From contig CACHAQ010000002.1 of assembly GCA_902577905.1 (NCBI GenBank), positions 19,728-83,727 of the forward strand: a stretch of DNA of 64,000 bases, in the 5' to 3' direction. Each line of letters opens with the position of its first letter. Within the stretch, counting starts at the first letter, position 1. The notes under the pieces are model-generated. The model was not told where the DNA came from, ran no database searches, and saw only the letters and a program-made list of their open reading frames with translations. Both the position numbers and the translations under genes were made by a program. Source of the stretch: an uncultured Alphaproteobacteria bacterium. GTDB taxonomy: Bacteria; Pseudomonadota; Alphaproteobacteria; HIMB59; GCA-002718135. Below, piece by piece: positions 57,516-64,000 of this stretch.

Positions 57516-58025
57516 TTAATTACTCTTAGAATTGGTTATTTCATTTAGTTTTTTTGATCTTTTTGCTGCAACAGACTTAGGAGATTCTGATATTTTGAAT
57601 GCATTTAAAGTTGCTTTTAGCATATTGTGAGGATTTGATGTCCCGGTGGATTTAGCTACAATATCCTTAATACCTAATGACTCAAATAATGCCCTCATTG
57701 GCCCACCTGCAATAATACCAGTACCTGGTGCTGCAGCTCTTAAAATTACTTTGCCAGCTCCAAAGCGTCCGACAATATCGTGATGAAGAGTTCTATTTTC
57801 TTTTAAATGAACTCTAATCATTTTTGTTTTTGCATTTTCGGTAGCTTTTCTAACAGCCTCCGGGACTTCTTTAGCTTTTCCTGTGCCTATTCCAACTCTA
57901 CCTTTATTATCACCAACTATCATTATTGCAGCAAACCCAAATCTTCTTCCACCCTTAACTACTTTAGCAACTCTATTAATTGTTACAAGATGTTCGCTAT
58001 ATTCATTTTTGTCGTTTTCAAACAT
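57516..58025 (-). CDS. rpsE: 30S ribosomal protein S5
   Basis: [26 protein letters not shown]. The start is placed at the ATG at 58023-58025, preceded by GGTAGAGG. The track start at 58073 would overlap rplR. Confidence 0.93.
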   Translation of the reverse strand: MFENDKNEYSEHLVTINRVAKVVKGGRRFGFAAIMIVGDNKGRVGIGTGKAKEVPEAVRKATENAKTKMIRVHLKENRTLHHDIVGRFGAGKVILRAAAPGTGIIAGGPMRALFESLGIKDIVAKSTGTSNPHNMLKATLNAFKISESPKSVAAKRSKKLNEITNSKSN

Positions 58026-58035
58026 ACCTCTACCC

Positions 58036-58368
58036 CTAAAAATTAAGACCTTCTGATCTTGCTGCATCAGCAATTATTTTGATTAAACCATGATATTTGT
58101 AACTACCTCTGTCAAAGGAAACTTTATCAATTCCTTTTGAAATTATTTTTTTTGCTATATTTTTTCCTATAAGTTCTGCTATTTCTTTTCTTTGCAATTT
58201 TTTGTCTTTTATTGATTTTTCTAAAGATGAAGAACTAGCAAGTGTTATTCCTTTTATATCATCTATAAGTTGAGCATATAAATGATTATTTGATCTAAAA
58301 ACACTTAACCTGTTTCTAGTTGAAACTTTTTTAGCTTTATATCGAACTCTTTCTTTTCTATCTTTCAT
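58036..58368 (-). CDS. rplR: 50S ribosomal protein L18
   Basis: [18 protein letters not shown]...[26 protein letters not shown]. Confidence 0.95.
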   Translation of the reverse strand: MKDRKERVRYKAKKVSTRNRLSVFRSNNHLYAQLIDDIKGITLASSSSLEKSIKDKKLQRKEIAELIGKNIAKKIISKGIDKVSFDRGSYKYHGLIKIIADAARSEGLNF

Positions 58369-58371
58369 AAA

Positions 58372-58902
58372 TTATTTCTTTTTTCCTTCTTTTCTAAAAA
58401 TATACTCATCGCTATATTTAATACCTTTGCCTTTAAATGGTTCTGGTTTTCTAAATGATCTTATTTTAGCTGCTGCTGCACCTAATTTTTCTTTATTTAT
58501 ACTAGTCAGCTTAATTACATTTTGTTTTGGACACTCGATTTTAACATCTGCTGGAATATCAAAGTTAATATCATGGCTATAACCAAGTTCTAACTTTAAT
58601 TTGGTGCCTGAAACACTCGCTCTATATCCTGTACCATTTAATTCAAGGGTCTTAGTAAAACCATTTGTTACACCATTAATTATATTAGCTATAATAGCTC
58701 TAGTAGTTCCCCAATTAGGATCTTGATCTTTGTCATTGATGGGAAAAACTTTAATTTCATCATCGTTAATATTGACACTATAATTTGAGTTCACATGGAT
58801 TTGCATCTCACCTAGTTTACCCCTCGCAGAAAAAATACCATTATCAAAAGAACATTGTATTTCTTTTGAAATTTTTATCGGATTTTTTGCAATTCTCGAC
58901 AT
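58372..58902 (-). CDS. rplF: 50S ribosomal protein L6
   Basis: MSRIAKNPIKI...RKPEPFKGKGIKY. Confidence 0.95.
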   Translation of the reverse strand: MSRIAKNPIKISKEIQCSFDNGIFSARGKLGEMQIHVNSNYSVNINDDEIKVFPINDKDQDPNWGTTRAIIANIINGVTNGFTKTLELNGTGYRASVSGTKLKLELGYSHDINFDIPADVKIECPKQNVIKLTSINKEKLGAAAAKIRSFRKPEPFKGKGIKYSDEYIFRKEGKKK

Positions 58903-59300
58903 TAAAAAACCTCACACAATATTTCACCACCAACATTATTTTTTTTAGCTTGATGATCTGACATAACACCTTTTGGAGTTGAAAGAATTGAAATACCTAA
59001 ACCTCCAAATGGTTTAGTTAAGTCATTAATTTTAGAATATCTTCTAATCCCAGGCTTTGAAATTCTTTTAATTTTCTTAATTACTGGACTGCCATTGTAA
59101 TATTTTAAATCAATTTGGATAGAGTTTATTCCTTTTCTCTCTTCAATATTTTTAAAATCTCTTATGTATCCTTCATCCTTAAGAACACTTAAAACATTAA
59201 TATTTAATTTAGATTTGAGACACAACGTAGATACCTTATTTGCTTGATGAGCATTTTTAATTCTTGCTAACATGTCAGAAAGTGAATCATTAAAAGCCAT
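58902..59300 (-). CDS. rpsH: 30S ribosomal protein S8
   Basis: DSLSDMLARIKNA...GGEILCEVF. Confidence 0.95.
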   Translation of the reverse strand: MAFNDSLSDMLARIKNAHQANKVSTLCLKSKLNINVLSVLKDEGYIRDFKNIEERKGINSIQIDLKYYNGSPVIKKIKRISKPGIRRYSKINDLTKPFGGLGISILSTPKGVMSDHQAKKNNVGGEILCEVF

Positions 59301-59312
59301 AAAAACCCTCCC

Positions 59313-59618
59313 CTACCAACTTGACTTTACAACTCCTGGTAAATCACCAGTCATTGATAGTTCTCTTAGTTTAATTCTGGACAAACCAAATTTTCTATAA
59401 TTACCTCTAGGTCTTCCTGTGATCTCACATCTATTTCTATATCTAATGGATGATCCATTCCTAGGAAGATTATTAAGTTTATTTTGATAAGAAATTCTCT
59501 CTTCTAATGAAATATTCTTATCTTTTATTTTAGCTTTAAGATTATCTCTCTTTGATTTATATTTTTTAATTAACTTCTGTCTAAAAAGATTTTTTTGAAC
59601 TGAGCTTAGTTTAGCCAT
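59313..59618 (-). CDS. rpsN: 30S ribosomal protein S14 (long, non-zinc form)
   Basis: 101 aa ending [21 protein letters not shown]. Confidence 0.95.
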   Translation of the reverse strand: MAKLSSVQKNLFRQKLIKKYKSKRDNLKAKIKDKNISLEERISYQNKLNNLPRNGSSIRYRNRCEITGRPRGNYRKFGLSRIKLRELSMTGDLPGVVKSSW

Positions 59619-59626
59619 TTTACTCC

Positions 59627-60178
59627 TTAATTAACCTGATTATTTATAAAAGGCATATTAAAACTTTTAAGTAATTCTAAAGCCTCATTATTATTTTTTG
59701 CAGATGTGCAAATCGTTATATCCATACCTCTAATTTTATCTACTTTATCAAAATTTATCTCTGGGAAAATTACATGCTCTTTAATTCCCATTGAAAAATT
59801 ACCTTTGCCATCAAAACTTTTTATATTCAAACCTCTAAAATCTCTTATTCTAGGAATTGCTATATTTACTAATCTATCAAGAAACTCATACATTATTTTA
59901 TTACGCAATGTTACTTTAACACCTAAAGGCATCCCAGCTCTAATTTTAAATCCTGAGATTGCTTTTTTTGATTTAGTTTTAACAGCTTTTTGGCCTGAAA
60001 TAAGAGATAAATCTTCTAGTGCTTTATCAATTAATTTTGAGTCTTCTTTACCCTCACCAACTCCCATATTTAAAATAATTTTTCTTAACTTAGGTACCTC
60101 AAATATATTTTTAAGGCCTAGTTTAGACTGTAAGTCTTTTTTAATTTGGTTATTATACACTTCTAGAAGTCTACTCAT
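59627..60178 (-). CDS. rplE: 50S ribosomal protein L5
   Basis: [15 protein letters not shown]...[10 protein letters not shown]. Confidence 0.95.
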   Translation of the reverse strand: MSRLLEVYNNQIKKDLQSKLGLKNIFEVPKLRKIILNMGVGEGKEDSKLIDKALEDLSLISGQKAVKTKSKKAISGFKIRAGMPLGVKVTLRNKIMYEFLDRLVNIAIPRIRDFRGLNIKSFDGKGNFSMGIKEHVIFPEINFDKVDKIRGMDITICTSAKNNNEALELLKSFNMPFINNQVN

Positions 60179-60492
60179 TATATTTCCTTGCCTGATGATT
60201 TATTTATTCTTATTTTTTTATTATTTTCTAATTTATAACCAATTTTTATAGCTTTTTTTATCGATGGATCGTAAAAAGATAAATTAGAGATGTGCATGGG
60301 CATTTCTTTGTCGATTATTCCACCAGGTTGATTATTGTCAGGTTTTTGATTTTTTTTAACACGATTAATTTCTGAAACTATAGCTTTCATTTGTTTAGGT
60401 ATCATCTTAACTATTTTGCCAGTTTTACCTTTATCTTTGCCGGTTAGAACTATTACTTCGTCTCCTTTTTTTAATTTAGATTTATAATTCAT
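60178..60492 (-). CDS. rplX: 50S ribosomal protein L24
   Basis: KLKKGDEVIVLTGKDKGKTGKIVK (KOW motif). Confidence 0.95.
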   Translation of the reverse strand: MNYKSKLKKGDEVIVLTGKDKGKTGKIVKMIPKQMKAIVSEINRVKKNQKPDNNQPGGIIDKEMPMHISNLSFYDPSIKKAIKIGYKLENNKKIRINKSSGKEI

Positions 60493-60860
60493 TAAATTAC
60501 CTCTGGGGCTAAACTGATTATTTTCATAAATTTTTTACTTCTAAGCTCTCTAGTTACTGGACCAAATATTCTCGTAGCTATTGGCTCTTCTTGCTTATCT
60601 AATAAAACTGCAGCATTTTTATCAAACCTTATTGCGGTTCCGTCAGATCTTTTATAATCCTTTGATGTTCTAACTATTACTGCCTTGTAAACATCACCTT
60701 TTTTTACTTTGGCTCTTGGCAATGCATCTTTAATTGAGACAACAATTATATCACCAATTGAAGCTGATCTCCGTTTAGAGCCTCCAAGAACTTTGATACA
60801 TTGTATGCTTCTTGCACCTGAATTGTCTGCAACAAATAATTTTGATTGCATTTGTATCAT
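60492..60860 (-). CDS. rplN: 50S ribosomal protein L14
   Basis: [27 protein letters not shown] from the ATG at 60858-60860. ATGA overlap with the rpsQ stop. Confidence 0.95.
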   Translation of the reverse strand: MIQMQSKLFVADNSGARSIQCIKVLGGSKRRSASIGDIIVVSIKDALPRAKVKKGDVYKAVIVRTSKDYKRSDGTAIRFDKNAAVLLDKQEEPIATRIFGPVTRELRSKKFMKIISLAPEVI

Positions 60861-61102
60861 GATTTCTCTCCTGTAGTTGGAATTACAATCCATTTTTTTA
60901 ATTTAGATATTGGCTTTGACTCAATAATTGATACTGAATCTCCAACATTATAATTATTATTTTCATCATGGGCATGATATTTTTTTGTTTTTCTAATAAT
61001 TTTTTTATAAAGTTTATGTTTAATTCTTCTAGTCACGTTTACAGTAATAGTTTTATCTGAATTTGAAGATACAACTACACCTGATAAAATTCTTTTAGGC
61101 AT
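60857..61102 (-). CDS. rpsQ: 30S ribosomal protein S17
   Basis: [21 protein letters not shown] from the ATG at 61100-61102. Confidence 0.93.
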   Translation of the reverse strand: MPKRILSGVVVSSNSDKTITVNVTRRIKHKLYKKIIRKTKKYHAHDENNNYNVGDSVSIIESKPISKLKKWIVIPTTGEKS

Positions 61103-61289
61103 TTTTATCTCCATTCTTTTTTGACAATCTTATAATTAGTCTAGCAATTTGTTTTTTTGTATCTTTAATTTTAGAAGTTTTTTCTAATTGACCTGAAGAC
61201 TTTTGAAAATTCAAATTCATTAGTAATTTCTTTAAGTTCACTATTTCATCCTTAATTTTTTTATCATCAATATTTGCTCTATTATTCAT
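61095..61289 (-). CDS. rpmC: 50S ribosomal protein L29
   Basis: 64 aa located between rplP and rpsQ, with an L29-like helical sequence. Confidence 0.9.
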   Translation of the reverse strand: MNNRANIDDKKIKDEIVNLKKLLMNLNFQKSSGQLEKTSKIKDTKKQIARLIIRLSKKNGDKNA

Positions 61290-61705
61290 TAGATGTTTCT
61301 TTCGACAAATTTACATTTAATTGGAAGTTTTGCAGCAGCCAAGGTCATTGCTTTTTTAGCATCATTTATATTTACTCCATCGACCTCAAACATAATCCTT
61401 CCTGGCTTAACCCTACAAGCCCAGTATTCAATTGAGCCTTTTCCTTTACCCATTCTCACTTCTGCTGGTTTTTTTGATACTGGAACATCTGGAAAAATCC
61501 TGATCCACATTCTTCCCGCTCTTTTCAAGTATCTAGTTATTGCTTTTCTTGCGGCTTCAATTTGCCTGGAAGTTACTCTTTCCGGTTCCATAGCTTTTAG
61601 ACCAAAACTTCCATAATTAAGTGCATAATTACCTTTAGAATTACCATGAATCCTGCCTTTAAATTGTTTTCTATATTTTGTTTTTTTAGGAGATAACATG
61701 TTCAT
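61289..61705 (-). CDS. rplP: 50S ribosomal protein L16
   Basis: [16 protein letters not shown]. The start is either the ATG at 61705 (TAATG-coupled to rpsC) or the ATG at 61699. Confidence 0.95.
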   Translation of the reverse strand: MNMLSPKKTKYRKQFKGRIHGNSKGNYALNYGSFGLKAMEPERVTSRQIEAARKAITRYLKRAGRMWIRIFPDVPVSKKPAEVRMGKGKGSIEYWACRVKPGRIMFEVDGVNINDAKKAMTLAAAKLPIKCKFVERNI

Positions 61706-62382
61706 TATCTAACACTCCCTTGGTCGATCTGTTTTTTTTCACTTGCATATGGATCTTTTAATAAAATCTCTCCTTTATTAATCCAAACTTTAATACCACA
61801 TATTCCGTAGGTTGTTTCAGCTTCTGCGGTCGCATAATCGATATCACCTCTTAATGTGTGCAAGGGGACACTACCCTCATGATATTTTTCAGTTCTTGCA
61901 ATTTCTGCGCCACCTAGCCTTCCACTACAAACAACTTTAACACCTTTTGCACCTAATCTCATTGCTGATTGAACAGCTTTCTTCATTGCCCTTCTAAATG
62001 ATATCCTTTTTTCAAGTTGTGAGGCTATGTTTTCTGCAACTAACCTTGCTTCTACTTCAGGCTTTCTTACCTCTTTAATATCCAGGAAAACTTCAAGCTG
62101 TGACATTTTTGATAGATCGTTTTTAAGAGTTTCAATATCTGCTCCCTTTTTTCCAATAATTATACCAGGTCTAGAGCTATAAATAGAAAGTCTTAGTTTT
62201 TTTGCAGCTCTTTCAATATTTATTTTAGAAATACTTGCATTTTTTAATTTATTTTCTACGTATTTTTTAATCTTTAAATCCTGATGTAATAATTTTGTAT
62301 ATTCGTTCTTTGAAAACCATCTCGATGACCAAGTCTTATTGATTCCAAGTCTGATTCCATAAGGATTAACTTTTTGACCCAT
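61705..62382 (-). CDS. rpsC: 30S ribosomal protein S3
   Basis: [14 protein letters not shown] with a KH domain. Confidence 0.95.
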   Translation of the reverse strand: MGQKVNPYGIRLGINKTWSSRWFSKNEYTKLLHQDLKIKKYVENKLKNASISKINIERAAKKLRLSIYSSRPGIIIGKKGADIETLKNDLSKMSQLEVFLDIKEVRKPEVEARLVAENIASQLEKRISFRRAMKKAVQSAMRLGAKGVKVVCSGRLGGAEIARTEKYHEGSVPLHTLRGDIDYATAEAETTYGICGIKVWINKGEILLKDPYASEKKQIDQGSVR

Positions 62383-62750
62383 TATTTATTTTCCTTTTTT
62401 GATTGTGTTCTTTCTTCAACAACTATTGTCACTTTACTAAAAGGTTTAATTATAGAAGCAGCTCTTCCTTTTGCACGAGGTCTCCATCTTTTCATTCTTA
62501 AACTTTTCCCAACAAAAGCCTCTTTTACAAAAAGTTTATCAATATCTAGCTGCTTATTATTTTCTGCATTTGCAACTGCAGCATTTAGAACTTTTAATAT
62601 AATTCTAGATATTCTTTTTGAGGAAAATTGTAGTTGATTTATTGCCGAACTGACTTTCATATTAACAATGCTATTAACCAATAAAGATAATTTGGTAGGG
62701 CTGATTCTGACCATATTATCTTTTGCTACAGCTATTAAATTTTCATTCAT
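62382..62750 (-). CDS. rplV: 50S ribosomal protein L22
   Basis: 122 aa in the conserved S10-operon position, with an L22-like sequence. Confidence 0.93.
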   Translation of the reverse strand: MNENLIAVAKDNMVRISPTKLSLLVNSIVNMKVSSAINQLQFSSKRISRIILKVLNAAVANAENNKQLDIDKLFVKEAFVGKSLRMKRWRPRAKGRAASIIKPFSKVTIVVEERTQSKKENK

Positions 62751-63028
62751 TTTTGTTCCGCTTTCTTATCTGCAGCTGTATGCCCTTTAAATGATCTTGT
62801 TGGAGAAAATTCTCCAAGTTTATGACCTACCATTTGCTCATTTACTGTGACAGGAACAAATTTTTGCCCATTGTAAACACCAAAAGTAATACCTACAAAT
62901 TGCGGAAGTATAGTAGATCTTCTTGACCATGTCTTTAAAACTTCTTTTCGTCCAGATTGAGATAACTTTTCAGCTTTCTTTATTAAAGTTATATCTACAA
63001 ATGGGCCTTTCCAAACTGATCTAGTCAT
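62747..63028 (-). CDS. rpsS: 30S ribosomal protein S19
   Basis: [12 protein letters not shown]...[16 protein letters not shown]. Confidence 0.95.
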   Translation of the reverse strand: MTRSVWKGPFVDITLIKKAEKLSQSGRKEVLKTWSRRSTILPQFVGITFGVYNGQKFVPVTVNEQMVGHKLGEFSPTRSFKGHTAADKKAEQK

Positions 63029-63849
63029 TATTTTTTCTTCCTTCTTATTATAAACATATCTGTTTTTTTATTATTTCTTGTTTTTTTACCTTTTGTTGAT
63101 ACACCCCAGGGAGTAACGGGATCTCTTCCTCCTGAAGTTCTACCCTCTCCACCACCATGAGGATGGTCAACAGGGTTCATAACTACACCTCTTACTTTTG
63201 GTCTGAATCCCAAATATCTTTTTCTACCAGCTTTACCTAATTTTATATTTTTTTGATCTGAATTTGATACCTCACCTATTGTAGCCCTACAGTTTTTATT
63301 AATGTGTCTTATTTCACCAGAAATCAATTTTATTTGAACGTATGGTTGTTCCTTGGATACAATTTGCGCAGAAGATCCAGCAGATCTAATAAGTTGCCCT
63401 CCAGCACCTGGTTTTAATTCTATATTATGAATGTTTGTTCCAACAGGAATGTTGTTTATGGGTAAACAATTTCCATTTTTGATTGCCACATTTTCTCCTG
63501 ATATAATTTTCTCACCAATTTTAATATTTTTTGGTGAAATAATATAACAATGCTCACCATCCTCATATTTTATTAAGGATATAAAAGCAGATCTATTAGG
63601 ATCATACTCGTTTCTTATTACTTCAGCAATAATATCAGTTTTAGATCTTTTAAAATCAATAATTCTATATTTTCTTTTGACACCTCCACCCATTCTTCTG
63701 GAAGTAATTCTACCTTGATTATTTCTACCACCAGAAGATTTAAATTTTTTTGTTAAAGATTTGTGAGGTTTTTCATTAGAAAGATCTTTTTTTGAAATAA
63801 GAACTGTGCCTCTCAATCCTGGTGTTGTTGGTTTAAATTTAAGTAGCAT
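63028..63849 (-). CDS. rplB: 50S ribosomal protein L2
   Basis: [23 protein letters not shown]. Confidence 0.95.
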   Translation of the reverse strand: MLLKFKPTTPGLRGTVLISKKDLSNEKPHKSLTKKFKSSGGRNNQGRITSRRMGGGVKRKYRIIDFKRSKTDIIAEVIRNEYDPNRSAFISLIKYEDGEHCYIISPKNIKIGEKIISGENVAIKNGNCLPINNIPVGTNIHNIELKPGAGGQLIRSAGSSAQIVSKEQPYVQIKLISGEIRHINKNCRATIGEVSNSDQKNIKLGKAGRKRYLGFRPKVRGVVMNPVDHPHGGGEGRTSGGRDPVTPWGVSTKGKKTRNNKKTDMFIIRRKKK

Positions 63850-64000
63850 TATTTAATCTCCAGTGAAGAGTCAATAGTATTACCTTCGTTCAATGTTACT
63901 ATTGCTCTTTTAGTATCTTTTCTAAAACCGTATCGACCTTTAAAGGTTTTGCCTTTACCTCTTAAAATTGATGTATTCACTTTATTTACTTTAACTTTAA
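63849..64000 (-). CDS. rplW: 50S ribosomal protein L23, C-terminal part (the gene continues beyond the window end)
   Basis: Manual reverse translation gives ...[47 protein letters not shown]. The stop TAA (63849-63851) overlaps the rplB ATG by 1 nt. Confidence 0.85.
   Translation of the reverse strand, partial: KVKVNKVNTSILRGKGKTFKGRYGFRKDTKRAIVTLNEGNTIDSSLEIK

Noticed and set aside
59706-61616. Antisense ORFs of 181 aa (59706-60251, opposite rplE/rplX) and 107 aa (61293-61616, opposite rplP).
   Set aside because: The same shadow-frame effect applies in strongly codon-biased ribosomal protein genes. There are no recognisable motifs, and the sense strands encode canonical L5, L24 and L16.
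1-64000. A search for CRISPR arrays, IS elements, integrases, phage genes, toxin-antitoxin pairs, long direct or inverted repeats, and rRNA genes.
   Set aside because: None was found by reading both strands. No ORF has transposase, integrase or nuclease motifs. No spacer is longer than 131 nt, and there are no periodic repeats. The only RNA gene is tRNA-Leu.

Overview
The window is a very AT-rich (about 30% G+C by eye) and extremely compact bacterial chromosome segment. About 70 genes fill 64 kb, and most spacers are 0-15 nt or are TAATG/ATGA overlaps. Gene content and order look alphaproteobacterial and strongly streamlined, like SAR11/Pelagibacterales; this is an inference that I cannot verify without a database. 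I found no rRNA, CRISPR array, transposase, integrase, phage gene, long repeat or transcription factor.

Layout:
- 1-8.3 kb: an N-acetylhexosamine/chitobiose-type locus (nagA, SIS protein, sugar ABC binding protein plus two permeases, Gfo/Idh/MocA oxidoreductase, cytoplasmic GH20 hexosaminidase, divergent GalK-like kinase).
- 8.3-9.3 kb: an isolated gamma-butyrobetaine-hydroxylase-like dioxygenase.
- 9.4-17.3 kb: an oxidoreductase/dehydratase block (2 SDR, 2 Gfo/Idh/MocA, a UxaA-family dehydratase, an Fe-ADH, an ALDH).
- 17.3-26 kb: a gamma-glutamylation (Puu-like) and Pot-like ABC amine-uptake block.
- 26-30.3 kb: an EamA transporter, an M19 dipeptidase homologue with substituted metal ligands, and two co-transcribed proteins with no domain I recognise.
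- 30.4-44.1 kb: a 12-gene co-directional array joining soxBDAG to an atypical proline-racemase homologue, M24 and M20 hydrolases, a long fold-type-II PLP enzyme, EutC/EutB/EutA-like genes and an AGAT-type amidinotransferase.
- 44.1-52.8 kb: gabD, a ROK kinase, bioY, gshB, gshA, mgtE, tRNA-Leu(GAG), lipB, an RluA-family synthase and crcB.
- 52.8-64 kb: the alpha/spc/S10 ribosomal-protein super-operon (rplQ back to rplW, including rpoA, adk and secY).

The best candidates for undescribed biology are the Eut-like/amidinotransferase/Sox array and the degenerate-M19 plus two-unknown-protein module next to it.
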